From positions 37,944,001 to 38,008,000 of the forward strand of contig NC_073384.1 in the NCBI RefSeq assembly GCF_028641065.1: 64,000 bases of DNA. The letters run 5' to 3'. This DNA is from Leucoraja erinacea. Its lineage: Eukaryota. Position numbers and translations under genes: made by a program. This document shows, piece by piece, positions 35,785-49,199 of the stretch (positions within the stretch are counted from its first letter, which is position 1; every line of letters begins with the position of its first letter). Below the pieces are notes generated by a model, which saw nothing but the letters and a program-made list of their open reading frames with translations, had not been told where the DNA came from and did no database searches.

Positions 35785-36946
35785 GTAACGTTTGTTTATT
35801 CTATGAAATATCTAAACTAAGACGGCTTGATTGGCGTCTTTTCGCTGACTGGATAGCATGCAACAAAAAAGCTTTTCACTGTACTTTGGTACATGAGACA
35901 ATAATAAACTAAACTCAAGAAAGGTTTGCTTGATCAATTCCTCGAATCCTGTGACTGCTGTATGTGTGGAGAAGGATCAATAGGCCAATAGGGTTTATAG
36001 GAATGAGAAGACAGCTCATCGACGGGGCTTGAGAGACCTGTTACATGGAGTATGTTTCCCCTGGTCAATGAGACTCGAACGAGTGGCCAGAATCTCTGCA
36101 TACATGCTTTGTTCAATTGGAGCATGATGAGTCTGGGTTTCTCTATGAAGATCAAGTTGTTGAATGTGTTTAATGTTGAGACAGAAATTTGCCCTTTGTC
36201 CCAATATGGATCAGAACATGATGCCGTTAAATTAATTTCTTCTGCCTACCCCTCCACTCCCCGCGTACCCCTCCACTCCCTACATATCCATGTGATGTCC
36301 AAAAGACTCTTAAATGCCACCTTCATATCCACTACCACCACCACGTGCTCCAGGCACTCGCCAATGTCTTTCCCTGCACATCTCCTTTAAACTTTGCCAC
36401 TCTTACCATAATGCTATGCCCTCTAGACTTTGACATTTCATCTCTGGGGGAAAAAGATTCTGAGAACCCGAAATGGTTCTGATTATCTACACTTTGCTGT
36501 GTAACGTTGTATTTGAGAAACTCAGTGTGATATTGTGCCACGTTGCTAAATTTCCAGTAGTGGGAGAGTCTAGGACCGGAGAGCACAGCCACAGAATAAA
36601 AGGACTTACTTTTACAATGGAGATGAGGAGGAATTTCTTGAGCCAGAGGGTGGTGAATCCGTAGAATTCATTGTCCGAAGGCCATGGAGGTCAAGTCACT
36701 AGATATTTATAAAGTGGTGATTGAGAGGTTCTTGATTAGTAAGGGCATCAAAGGTTACGGGGAGAAGGCAGGAGCATGGGGTGGAGAGGGAAAGATAGAT
36801 CAGCCATGATCAATCAAGGAGCAGACTTCATGGGCTGAATGGCCGAGTTCTGCTCCTATGTCATCGTCTTATATGCTTTTTTCTCTGCTACAGTTATTCT
36901 TTCTTCAAGATAAAATGTTTTTGTTTTACTTTGCATCCAACACCAG

Positions 36947-37109
36947 GTTCCCAGCCACTGTGATGCCATTGTAACAAATGGAGGCTTGCAGTTACTGCAA
37001 AAAATTTATCAGCTGCGTCAAGACTCTCAAAAAATTCAAAGGAACATAATTCGGACAATTGGAAATTTGGCTTTAAATGAGCGACTGCACTCAGCCATCG
37101 CACAGTCAG
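36947..37109 (+). CDS. SERAC1: SERAC1 coding exon 9
   Basis: [21 protein letters not shown]...[14 protein letters not shown]; AG/GT; 163 nt. Confidence 0.95.
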
Positions 37110-37280
37110 GTGACAGCATAACTTGACATCATACGCAGATATTCTGGGTTATTCTGAAAGGAATAGAATTAATTAACCTTGCACGATATGAGCACTCATG
37201 AGAACCATTTTACCTTTTTTGATAGCTGCTAGTTTTACTCAATTTTCTTCACAGTTAGTATTTTCAGAAGGTATTTTAAA

Positions 37281-37872
37281 GGCGGCACAATGGCACAGCT
37301 GGTAGAGCTGAAATGCCGTAGCGTCGGAGATCCTGACTTCAGGTGCTGCCTGTGTGGAGTTTGTATGTTCTCCCCGTGACCACATTTGTTTGCTCTGGGT
37401 GCTCCGGTTTCCTCCCACATCCCAAAGACTTATGGGACGGCACAGTGGAACAGCGGTAGAGTCGCTGCTTTACAGCGCCAGAGACCCGGGTTTGATCCTG
37501 ACCACGGGTGCTGTCTGTGTGGAGTTTGTACGTTCTCTCTGACAGCATAGGTTTTTTCCAGGTGTTCCAGTTTCCTCCCACACTCTAAAGACGTGCAGGT
37601 TTGTAGGTTAATAGGCTTTAGTAAAATTGGCACGTAGGATAGTGCTAATGTACCGGTAATCACTGGTCAGCGTGGCTTTTGTAAGCCGAAGGGCCTATTT
37701 CCGTGCTGTATCTAAAGTAAAGCCTAAAGTGTGGGTTTGTAGGCCTCTGTAAATTGTCCCTAATTTGGAGGAAGTAGATGGGAAAGGGTATAACATAGAA
37801 CTAGTGTGAATGGGTGATCAATGGTCAGCGTGGACTCGGTGGGCTGAAGGGTCTGTTTCCGTGTGGTGTCTT
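37281..37872 (+). mobile_element. Nested V-SINE (HE1-like) copies
   Basis: Two tRNA-like heads (37281, ~37438) and V-domain GGGTGCTCCGGTTTCCTCCCACA. Confidence 0.78.
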
Positions 37873-37993
37873 TTAAGAAAAAAAAGTTTTACATGATATT
37901 GTGCAGGCTTTGAAATTGTTGATTGTATTTATCATTGTGAGGACATGGCAAAGTGGGATCTGTAAACTAATGGAGAGGGTCTTTGGGTTGCAG

Positions 37994-38144
37994 GATGGAT
38001 TGGCATACTGGCTGAGGTGATGAAATCCCCGCATGTTATCCAGGCCTCGCATGCTGCAAGAGCTTTGGCAAACCTTGACAGAGACACCATGGAAGAGAAG
38101 TACGAAGATGGAGTATATATCCTTCATCCTCAGTACAGAACAAA
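37994..38144 (+). CDS. SERAC1: SERAC1 coding exon 10
   Basis: [14 protein letters not shown]...[10 protein letters not shown]...[12 protein letters not shown]; AG/GT; 151 nt. Confidence 0.96.
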
Positions 38145-39358
38145 GTAAATGGTGCAGAGATATCGTCGTTTGAAAATAATCACCCTGCATTTTTTTGCGA
38201 CAGTATTGCATGCCAACATGACGTGTTATTAACCGTGCTTAGCTAATGGATAATGTAAGTGAGTGAATCAGAACATTTAGTAAGTCTAAATGCACTAGTT
38301 CAGATATTATATTACAAGTTAGTGTCTCTAAAGTTGGGTATATTGATGGGGAAAAAATGTTGATAAATCTAGCTTAATTTGTAATTGATATGCGTACAAG
38401 CAATTTGTCTACAAAAAAGCACAGGCCTGAATATCTATGTAGCTGGTTAACTGACTTTGAAAGAACTGTGCCATTCTGCTCCCAGTAGGTCATTGCTTTC
38501 TAACTTAGTTCAGTTCCTTTAATGTATTTATCCCATAATTCACCTCGGTACCAGAGTATGGTCACCCCATTACAGAAGAGATGTGTAGTTTTTGGAGAAA
38601 TTAACGAATGCAGCCTGGATGAGAGGAGAGGTTGGACAAACTTGGATTGGTTTCTCTGGAGCGTTAGGTCAACGGGAGATCTGACAACTCAGCAGGTCAG
38701 GCAGCATCTGTGGAGAACATGGATAGGTGACATTTTGGGTTTGCACCCTTTTTCCCAGGATGGAAATGTCAAAGACTAGAGTACTCATGTGTTGTTAATA
38801 GACAGCACAAGCTGGAATTGTTCTCTTTTAAACATAGCAGATTGGAAGGAATGGATCACACTTGTGGACGATTCAAGAGTAAGGCGACGCAAAATGAAGG
38901 TAACCAGCAAAAGAACCAAAATGAGCAGAAAAGCTTTCTCAAGCAGCGAGTGTTTGGGGTCTTTGATGCACTGTTGGGATCATAGTAGGGGTAAATTTAG
39001 TTGTAACATTTGTAGGGGGAGCTGGATGATGTCTAACAGGAAATAATTTGCAGGGAATGAGTAGGGAAGTGGTATGGCTGGATTGTTACTCAGAGCTGGT
39101 ATAGACTCTATGGTCCTTGTGGCCACTTTCCATGCTGTAACCATTCTGTGAATGGTTTGCTATCCGCGATGTCCCAATGCAATTCCTTTAAAAACAGTGC
39201 TTGTGCAGTGTTAATCATTAAGGGATTTTCTAATGCTGATAAATTGAGTCTTCCGGTTACAACTTTTGAGTTATTTCCTTCAACCTGTCACGTTTTGTCA
39301 AACATTTTGCAGCGTTGGTGCAAGTATAGTACAGACACTGATCTGTTTTTATCATCAG

Positions 39359-39485
39359 TCAGCCAATCAAAGCAGACGTTCTTTTTATTCATGGCCTGCT
39401 GGGAGCAGCTTTTAAAACATGGCGGCAGAAGGATTGCAGTGACATGGAGGATAAGAATGGCGATTACACGGAATGTTGGCCGAAG
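39359..39485 (+). CDS. SERAC1: SERAC1 coding exon 11
   Basis: [25 protein letters not shown]...YTECWPK; AG/GT; 127 nt. Confidence 0.96.
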
Positions 39486-40829
39486 GTACCAATGAAATCT
39501 GTGGATTATTGGCTTTAATGTCTTTTGTTGCAGCCATTTTCCACCACTGCTTCCAACCCTCCTTTCCACCTCCCCCCATTCTGTCCTTTCCCAGCCCCCA
39601 CCCCCCACCTCACCACTTCCATTATCTCCTTGGTCCTGCCTATAAGTGATACAGTATTTCGACATGAAATGCACACAATCTGGTAAAAATAAATCCTTTA
39701 TTCCATGATGACTGTGGTTGAATCACTGTCAGGCAGTATAGATTTGAAAGGCAGTGGAGAAGTACTGAGATTGTGGGTCTGAGCAAAAAGCAACGTGCTG
39801 GAGGAACTCAGCGGACCAGTCAGCATCCATGGAGGGAAATGGACTGATAATGTTTCTTCCGAACTGACCCGAGTTCCTCGATCAGTATTGTGTTTTGCTC
39901 AAGATCTGCAGTCTCTTGTCTTGGGATTGATGGACTGCCAGAAACTCTCTGCAAAGGCTTTACTCATGATCAACCCATCCAGTCCAGTTATTAATCTAAT
40001 CAACCTCCAATATTATTTCTGAACAAAATGTATCAAAATAGATAATTTCACATTTCCAATGCAGTTAGGCAGGGTGGTGCAGTGAGATCAGCGTATGAGC
40101 AGGCATTTGCCTTATCTCTGCCCATTCACTTAAACCATCCATATCCCTTGATTCAAAGTGCCCCGGGGTATTATGTGGTCTCTCTTATAGAACAGGCTTA
40201 TCTCTGTCTTGCACCTCTAATACCCAAGAGCAAAACCATTAAGTTTGTTGCTGGCTAATATTCTGGTTTTCTTTAAGACGTAGTAAAATAATTATTATAT
40301 TGTACCTTTGTTCATTCCAAAATGACTGCTTTAGAGTCGTGTTATCATACAAAGGTTGACACTGGGCCACTGTTTCTGCATTAATAGACAAAGCCAAGTA
40401 TGCACCTCATTCTCCATAGGGCACTTGGATCTCCAGTCACTGAGCTGGGTATCATGACTTCAATTTGACCAAAACATTGCACCCTATGACTAATTCCCAT
40501 CAGGATCCCATCACCCAGTGGTTGCTGGCGGTCACGAGTTCCAGATTAGTCGGAGATGTTAGGGTAGGTGACCAAAACGTTTTAAATATTCCTGTAAGGA
40601 GGAAAGTGTTTTGTGGGGGAGGGGAGAAAAGTTCAGAACTTGTGGCCTGCAGACAGGAGAGATGTCTGACAACAGTGGAGTAATACAATTTGGGGATGAG
40701 CAAGTGTCCTTGAGTGCCCGTACCTGGAAGATTACAGATAGGCAGGGTGGTGCAGTGGAGGGATCCAAAGATAGAGATGATCATATTTAAGATCAGCGTA
40801 TGAACAGGCATTGTACAGTGTACAGCGTA

Positions 40830-41098
40830 CGAACAGGCATTTCGGGTCACCGAGTCCGTACCGACCAGCGGTCACCCTGTACACTAGCACTATCCTACAT
40901 ACTAGGGACAATTTACTGAAGCCAATTAACCTGCAAACCTGTACATCTTTGGGGTGTGGGAGGAAAACGGAGTACTGGAGAAAACCCACGCATGTCATAG
41001 GGAGGAAGTACAAACTCCATACAAACTGTGGTCAGGAACAAACCCGGATCTCCGACGCTGTAAGGTGGCAACTCTTCCGCTGCACCACTGTGCCGCCA
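40830..41098 (-). mobile_element. V-SINE (HE1-like)
   Basis: Reverse complement of the SINE head and V-domain. Confidence 0.75.
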
Positions 41099-41513
41099 GT
41101 ATGGGGGGTAGCATTTTGGTCGAGCTCAAGTCTATGAAGGTGGAGGAAAAAATTCACCTGGGGTTGCAATCAGGTCCTAAAGTAAAAAAAGTCATGGGTC
41201 AGGATTTTGGCAGCAGAATTTGAGGCAGGTCCAAATCTGGTTTGCTACAGAGATAAGTTAGGTCATCAAGTTACCAATATTTCAAGTTATAAAATTAAAT
41301 GCATGTCTTCGTCTTTGACCACATCATTAAAAATGTGAGATTTTTAAATACCGTAAATGGAGTCTTGTAGACAATTATTTTCAGTCGATCAATTAAACCG
41401 AGTATGGTGTGAGTTTAGAAACCGTTGTACAATTCTGATAGATTTTTTTCGGTTTCAACGGGTTTTTGATTTAATGTGTGCATATTCCTGATTTTTTTTT
41501 TTTTTGCCCTCAG

Positions 41514-41614
41514 GCATGGTTGGCTGCAGATTGTCCCAATCTAAGGATATTAACAGTGGAGTACGACACTCAGCTCAGTGACTGGAGATCCAAGTGTCCT
41601 GTGGAGAATGAGAG
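41514..41614 (+). CDS. SERAC1: SERAC1 coding exon 12
   Basis: [29 protein letters not shown]; AG/GT; 101 nt. Confidence 0.96.
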
Positions 41615-42104
41615 GTATATATGTGGCTTTGTCTATTAATGCAGAACTGATGAGAATTTGCATGCATATAAATCCATATCATGTCCTGATAATGTCTCCA
41701 AGGTACTGGCACCAGTAGCTGCCTTTCAAGTGTGGTTATTGGCATTGATGCCAGCAAATTATTGAAGATCTGTCTTGGAGATAATGCTTGAGAAAGGAAC
41801 TTGGGAGAGCTCCCTAATCTTCCTTGAATTATGCATTTGCAGCCTCCTGTACTCAAAGTAAATCTTATTGAAATGTTGAAACAGTAGCTCTTCTGACAGT
41901 GCAGAACATCTGAATGGTTGGATTAAATTGACCAAGTCTACAATCTTCTGCCCCAAGTTTCCTACCTACTTGGAGTCGAGGATTTGCAACATCATGTTTC
42001 AGCTGGACAAGATGTTAGCCACATTTGTAGTACTATATACAATTCTAGTTGCCCTACTATAGGAAGGATGTCATTAAATTGGAAAGGGTGTAAAACAATT
42101 TGTC

Positions 42105-42465
42105 AAGTCAAGTCGCATTTATTTATATAGCACATTTAAAAAAACAACTCTCGTTGTGCCTAGACCGTGGGATATTTAGCAACCCCAAGTCGGCCGATCT
42201 GAGGGGCCTGGAGGTGGAGTGGTGGGTGAGAAGACTTTTTATGTAGGTGGGGGCAAGCTCATTGAGGGCTTTGTAGACATGGAGGAGTATTTTGAAGTTT
42301 ATACGAAACCGCACAGGGAGCCAGTGGAGAGAGGCCAGGATCGGGGTGATGTGGTCCCTTTTTCAGGTGCCCGTCAGGAGACTCGCTATGGCGTTTTGGA
42401 CCAGTTGCAGGCGGAACAGGGAAGATTGGCTGATGCCAGTGTAAAGGGAGTTGCAGTAATCTAGT
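42105..42465 (-). mobile_element. L2-clade LINE 3' fragment
   Basis: RFRINFKILLHVYKALNELAPTYIKSLL...RPLRS; (GACTT) tail. Confidence 0.75.
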
Positions 42466-42735
42466 AATTTATGAGGATGTTACCAGTTCTGAAGAGTTGT
42501 AAGAATAGGTTGGGACTGTATTCCCGGATATGTAGGAAGCCGAAGTGTTTAGTTTAGAGATACAGGGCAGAAAAGGGGTCCACGTCCGGCCGAGTCCATG
42601 CCGACCAGCGTTTTAAAGGCAATTCATACAGTCGACATTTTATGTCAACGATCTTTCGTCAGAATTTAAAATTAAAAAAATTGCAGATGCTGTAAATTTG
42701 AAAGCTAACTTACCTTGCATTTTGTTTTGATCCAG

Positions 42736-42833
42736 GAAATCCTTGGCCTACAGAGGCCGGGAGCTACTGACTAAACTGAAGGCTGCGGGTGTTGGGGATA
42801 GGCCGGTGGTGTGGGTGGCACATAGTATGGGAG
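42736..42833 (+). CDS. SERAC1: SERAC1 coding exon 13 (catalytic serine motif AHSMGG)
   Basis: [32 protein letters not shown]; AG/GT; 98 nt. Confidence 0.97.
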
Positions 42834-44128
42834 GTATGGACTTTATAACATCAACAGCTTTTTATCTCTTTCATCATTGCAAATGCATATGCTTTTAATC
42901 ACAAATGACAATTAAATTGACTCTTGACTCTTGACAAAACCATGATGGATTATTGCAGGTGGAAGCTCATCCGGTGGACTTTTTGTTCCATTCCTCAACT
43001 CCATCTCCACAGCTCTAGTTTCTTACCCCTCCACCCACTCCCTTGTTTTATATTAGTATTAAATCTGCTTTTGTAACCCGCTCACCACTGTTCTAGCAAC
43101 CATGTTTTTTAAATGTTCTCACTCATAGTGTTATATAGAAAGTGGTCCTGAGCTTCCAGAAAGTGACCCTGAGCTACTATCTACCTCACTAAAGACCCTC
43201 AGACTATCTTTAATCAGACTTTACTGGACTTTTATCTTGCATTAAACATTATTCCCTTCATTGTGTACCTCTACACTGTGGATGGCTTGGTTGTAATCAT
43301 GTATAGTCTTTTCACTGACTGGTTAGCATGCAACAAAAAGCTTTTCACTACCTCGTGACGATAAACTAAACTAAGATACGCAATGAAACACCAGTAAAGG
43401 GAGGTATTCATTTGATAACCCCAATGATATATTGGCATCTACACGCCTAGTTTTTGTTGTCCCACTAGATTCTCTGGGATTGGGTTTCGTGGTTAAACAT
43501 TTACCTTGTATTTTGGCATTAAACTTGGTTCTCTTGTGCAGGGATTGTGGGAAGAACTGAGCTGTACGCTCCATTTTGTCTTTCAACATGGGTAACACTT
43601 CATTCTGTGGGAATGGAACTTTACTCTAGTGAACATGCCCTTCAGAGCTAGGCTAAACATGCCTGGTGCCAACGGCCCATAGAATCAAAAACAAGTTTGT
43701 TAAACACAATGAAGAGCTTGTGAACTCAAGGTTACTCCTAGACACTCTAATCATCCTACATAGATAGAGAAGCCTGTTTTTCAGAAAGTTACTGAATGTT
43801 GGATCAGAATAGTTAACCCTGTAAACAAATGTACGTGACTAACCTTGCTTTGATGCTATCAAAAATGATATAAAGACACTGTATGCTTTGAATCTGTGGA
43901 ACAGTCTTTTGCTTATCTGTTCTCCTTGACTGACAAGTTATTGTTAACAAAGAAGTTAACCGTCACTCGCGTCTTGCACAAATTATTCCGACACTTGGTT
44001 GAGTGCTTATTCTGGCGTTATAGCACAAGTGCTTTGTTTTAATAGTAATTCAGCATGTATGAGTGTAACTAGCAAACTCCATTTCTGTTGTCCCTGCATT
44101 TAACTTTTGCAATCTTTTTCAATTGCAG

Positions 44129-44311
44129 GCTTGCTGGTCAAAAAGATACTTTTAGATGCTTCAGAGGATCCTGAAATGAAGTCAGTGGTTCAGAATACCC
44201 AAGGGATTGTATTTTACAGTGTACCTCACAGTGGATCTCACCTGGCTGAGTACTCTGTGAATGCTCGTTTCCTACTGTTTCCTTCTGTTGAAGTCATGGA
44301 GTTGAGTAAAG
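44129..44311 (+). CDS. SERAC1: SERAC1 coding exon 14
   Basis: [12 protein letters not shown]...[20 protein letters not shown]...[13 protein letters not shown]; AG/GT; 183 nt. Confidence 0.97.
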
Positions 44312-44384
44312 GTGAGACTGCCTTGTCTCATCAAATTCTGGTTTTGTTCTGTCGGTCACTATGCACATCATTTGATGGTTGAAT

Positions 44385-44860
44385 TTTGAGCCCCATATCT
44401 GAGGGGGGTTGTGCTGGCGTTGGAGAGCGTCCAGAGGTGGTTTATGAGAATGATCCCAGGGATGATTGGGTTAACGTAAGATGAGCGTTTGACGGCACTG
44501 TGCCTGTACTTGCTGGAGTTTTGAAAGATATGGGGGGACCTCATTGAAGCTTACCAAATATTAAAAGGCCTGGATAGAGTTGATGTGGAGAGAATGTTTC
44601 TACTAGTAGGAGAGTGTAGAGGACACAGCCTCGGAATAAAAGGACGAACCTTCAGAAAGGAGATGAGGAGGAATTTCTTTAGTCCGAGGGGGCTGAATCT
44701 GTGGAACTCATTGCCACAGATGGCAATTGTCACATAGAAAACTGAGTTGCAGGGATGTGGATCATAGGCAGGCAGAAGGTATTTTATTTTAGCGTAATGC
44801 TCGGCAGACATTGTGGGCCGAAGGATTTGTTACTGTGCTGTACTGTTCTATGTTCTATGA
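44385..44860 (+). mobile_element. Degenerate CR1 fragment
   Basis: Similar to 21170-21489; TGTTCTA tail. Confidence 0.75.
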
Positions 44861-46196
44861 TGGGGTTATTGAAAAGTAGAAGGGAGTAAACCTGAGCTGA
44901 GAAAGTGCCTAAGGTGTGATCCATCTGCTGTCCCTGCAGTGATCCCACCATTGAATACTGGAGGGGAAAATGAAAGGATGGAATCAACAGCTTGAGAAAT
45001 TGCGAGTTCAGATATGAGCAAGACAAGGTGGTGAAATTCAGTGGGACGAGTGTAGATAAGGTATGTTGGTCAGCATGGGCAGGTTGGCCTTAAGGGCCTG
45101 TTTCCACACTGTATGACACTGACTAGAGAATCATAAAAGAGAAGTGGAGAGTAATTGTCAGGGAGGGGTATATCAGCCTACCCGGAAGAAACCGGACATT
45201 TTTTACAGGACATGTGGCAGTCTGCACACAGCCAAAGCCAAAAACCGTTATATGTTTAAAGTTTTACTTACGTTTATGGAAATAATAGGGGAAAAAAGGA
45301 AATAATAGGGAGAATTAGCTAAAAAAAGGTGTTGACCAGAATCAGTTTTTTTTGTTTTTAATTTTTTGATCTTTTTTAAAAGTAATATTAGTGCTACAAC
45401 ACTTTTTGGTAAAGTCACATCTGTTTGCAGCATTATTATTTAAATCTAATTCAGTTAATCATCTTCTACACCCCTCTGCTTTAATTACAAAGTACGTGTA
45501 CTGTCTTAACACCAGAATAAGCGGAGCTCAATCAAGAAAACGAACCCAAGACCCACAGCCAGCAGCAAGCCCCGCCTACAGAAAGTACTATCTAAGCTGA
45601 CGTTATGCAAACTTATGCTGGGAAGTGGGGTTGTTTGGGCAAAGGGGGCAAGGGCGGTAAGTTAACTCCATAGGGGGTGGCCGTAAGGAATCAGGCTACC
45701 TACGGAGATCCCAGAGACACAGCAGCATTTCCCAACTAAAAAACTGATGGTGTGTGTAGATGCAAGTATATCATTGGGGTTATCAAGTGGTGTTCACAGG
45801 TGATTCGTTGAGTTGGGCCCATGACACCTCGGGAAGGCTCAACAGTTAGTTCTGGCGTCCCAGAACAACTCCCCTCAATACCTGCTCTCACTACCTATGC
45901 TACCAGTTTCTACTAAATAAAATAAACTATAGACGATTAATTTACTCTTGACAAATGATAAACAGTTCCACTTATTCTAACCCATCCAACTCGTAGCACC
46001 AGAAATATCACGTATCAGTGATATCAGTCTTTCAGATATGGGATGTCCAAAGAATGCTGAAAATTCACTTTTGCAGTATTTCCTTTTGTAATGTATTGAA
46101 TTGGAATAATAAGCTAATTAGATTTGTCCACTAAAAGCAAGAACTGGTAGAGATTAATTGTCCGTGGTTAATTTAATTTTCAATATTCTCTTGTAG

Positions 46197-46340
46197 ATTC
46201 GCCGTCTTTGACAGAACTGAATGATAATTTCACCAAGTTGATAAAGGAACAAGAAGTTAACGTTCTGAGCTTTGGCGAAAAGCTACCAACAAACATTGGC
46301 AGTATGATCAAACTACACGTGGTACCTCTCAATTCAGCAG
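46197..46340 (+). CDS. SERAC1: SERAC1 coding exon 15 (GC donor)
   Basis: DSPSLTELNDNF...LPTNIGSMIKLHVVPLNSA; 144 nt; donor CAG|GCAGGA. Confidence 0.92.
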
Positions 46341-47036
46341 GCAGGACTCTCACTTAACTTTTTTTCTGTGTTTCTAGTCGGGCAGCTTTTTAGGTTGTAA
46401 TTTCAAGAATCTAAGCATTTCTCCTTTTAGCACCTAGATACTAAGTGTAAACAGATAATCTGCTATCCAATCACAGGATTAGGTTCAGCATCTGTTCAAC
46501 AAGAACCTAGACCTAATGGCCTCAGAGAAGCCACAAGAACAGAACCCACCTGGATTCTTGTAGAAACCTAGACATAATGGCACCAAGGTGTCACAAAAGC
46601 AGAAGCTACTTGAAGTTATTCCGGAAATCCAGACTCGATGGTACCAGCTAAGTGGACATGGACCTCTTGCACCTTGTGTTTTGTCACCTCCACCAGCTCG
46701 ACCTTACTCACAGGCACTGTTAGCTATTTTGCAAAGCACCATCCATTAACCATTTCCCAAAGTATCCATATTCTTACACATTATCATTGGATGATCAGCC
46801 ATGATCATATTGAATGGCGGTGCAGGCTCAAAGGGTCGAATGGCCTACTCCTGCACCTATTTTCTATGTTTCTACAACAACACGAATCCCCACCAAAAAG
46901 TGGTCCTCCACTTTTGCAATCACCTTGATTTTATTCATATGCACCACCAGACTCAGGTACAGCTTCTTCCTCTCTGTTATTGGGTACCTGGACGGTCCTT
47001 CCTTAAGCTAGAATACTGTTCGATTCACCTCTACCT

Positions 47037-47316
47037 TAGTTTAAGAATAAGGGGTTGGCCATTTAGGACTGAGATGCGGAAAAACCTTTTCACCCAGAGA
47101 GTTGTGAATCTGTGGAATTCTCTGCCACAGAAGTCAGTGGAGGCCAATTCACTGGTTGTTTTCCAGAGAAAGTTAGATTTAGCTCTTAGGACTAACGGAA
47201 TCAAGGGATATGGGGGAAAAAGCAGGAATGGGGTACTGATTTTGGATGATCAGCCATGATCATATTGACTCGAAGGGCCGAATGACCTACTTCTGCACCT
47301 ATTTTCTATGTTTCTA
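47037..47316 (+). mobile_element. CR1 3' end fragments (also 46788-46872)
   Basis: CR1 3' end with TTTCTATG tail. Confidence 0.8.
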
Positions 47317-47385
47317 TCAAGGTTATTTGTAGCTACTCTGTGATGCGTATAACTTTAACACAATTTTTTTTAATTCATTTTTCAG

Positions 47386-47522
47386 ATTTGGGGATTGGGG
47401 ATTTTATTCCACTGGACGTTAATCATCTGGATATTTGCAAACCCAGAAACAGAGACTCCTTCATATATCAGCACAGTTTGAAATTTATAAAAGATGCTCT
47501 GGCACAAGCACTCAAAAGTTGA
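47386..47522 (+). CDS. SERAC1: SERAC1 last coding exon (16); spliced CDS totals 1968 nt = 655 aa + stop
   Basis: [20 protein letters not shown]...[12 protein letters not shown]; AG acceptor. Confidence 0.97.
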
Positions 47523-48139
47523 ATCACTTCCTTATTCGGACCACTCCGAGGTGCCAAAGTTTTGACGTAAATGGATCCTACCTTCCATGGTGCATTCTAG
47601 TGTAATTTCTTCCTTTAAACAAAGCTTTTAAAATATCAAGAATGATAAGTCAAGGACTAATTTAATATTGTATATAATAAATGACTATGTATTCTGTGGG
47701 TTTACTCATGTCAGGCTAACAACTTTCAAATAGGTATTTTGTTTGAAGTTTAAAATAATAGATAACCATGTATAAAAATGTCGCTTCAAAATTGCAATAA
47801 GCAAAACTTTTATTTATTATTGACTGGAACTATTGGATTAATTTAACTTTGACCTGTGACTATTGCCTATTTTGTAATGTTGAGATTTTAATTTGCTTAA
47901 TTTACATTACATCGCGTCATTTTCTCCTAGAGCTGTCTTTGCTGTACTTAATTTGGTATACACTATGTGGCAGACAGTATAAGATGCCTGTTTATAAAAA
48001 ATATTTAACTAGGTATGTCAAGGTAAAAAATATTTAACTAGGGTTGTACCTTCCCACACTTAGAATTGTTATTTTCCGATGGTAATAAACTAATGTACCT
48101 GTTCATTGATATTAGTCCAACACTCTTTGATGTGAAGGT

Positions 48140-48460
48140 GTAGCCATAGGCACTTACTTGAGCCCCAGCTATGCCTGTCTTTTTGTTGGTTGCATCAAAC
48201 AGTCCTTGTTCTAAAGATACCATGGCCCAATTCCCCCAACTCTTTCTCTGCTACATCAATGACTGCATCGGGCCTGCTTCCTGTGCAGAACTGATCAACT
48301 TTACTCCTAACTTCCATCATACCCTCAAATTTACTTGGATTACCTCAGACAAATCTTTTCCCTTTCTCTATCAATCTGTCTCCAACACAAGAGACAGACA
48401 AAAGACTGATGACTATGTCTACTACAAACCCACTGACTCCCAGTTATCCTGACCACACCT
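48140..48460 (+). mobile_element. Penelope-like RT fragment
   Basis: PSYACLFVG...LFLCYINDCIG (YIDD-like)...NFHHTLKFTW...VYYKPTDS. Confidence 0.75.
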
Positions 48461-49199
48461 GTAGAGAACATGTTGACTGATTGCATCATGGCCTGGTTTG
48501 GCAACTTGCCCACTGCCCTTTACCTCACCTGAGTGTATCATAATCGAGACGGGTGTGGGCCACATAATACGACCGCCCTCCCAGGTGGTGACAGGCAATG
48601 CTGCTCAAAGCTGGCCATCCCCATTGGACCGGGCACCTGCCCTTCTGACAAATCAATGTTCCTCCAACTGATTTGTGTTTTGCACAAGATTCCAGCAGCT
48701 GCAGTCTGTCTTGGGATTGTGGAACTGCCCGGATCTCTCTGTAAAGACTCCTCATATGATCAACCCATCCATTCCAGCTCTTAATCTAATCAACCTACCC
48801 AAATTGTTTCCAGTGCCTATACATCCTTCCTTAAATTAGGAATTCAATAAAAGACACATTACTCTGGAAGTTGACACTGGCCCACGTCAGGAGATGCTAT
48901 GGACTATTCAAAACCAGGTTCTGTCCCTCTTTAATAATTGTCTCTAACATTTTACCCACCAACGATGTTAGAGATATAAAACGGTCTATAGGTTACCCGC
49001 CTTCTGTTTACTTCCTTTTTTTAATCCAGGTTTCAAATGTCTGTTTATTGTCACATGTACCAATCAACGTACAGTGGATTCATCATTGTGATGGGAGGCA
49101 ATAAAGTCTTATAAAGTTCAAATTCTTTCGCAATAAACAATATTCTGTTAACTTTCTAACTTACCTACTGCACCCCATCCTTCCAAGGGGTTCTTCCAA

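Noticed and set aside
45165-46070. Possible DNA transposon in SERAC1 intron 14
   Set aside because: Composition is distinct, but no TIR pair, TSD or coding remnant could be established
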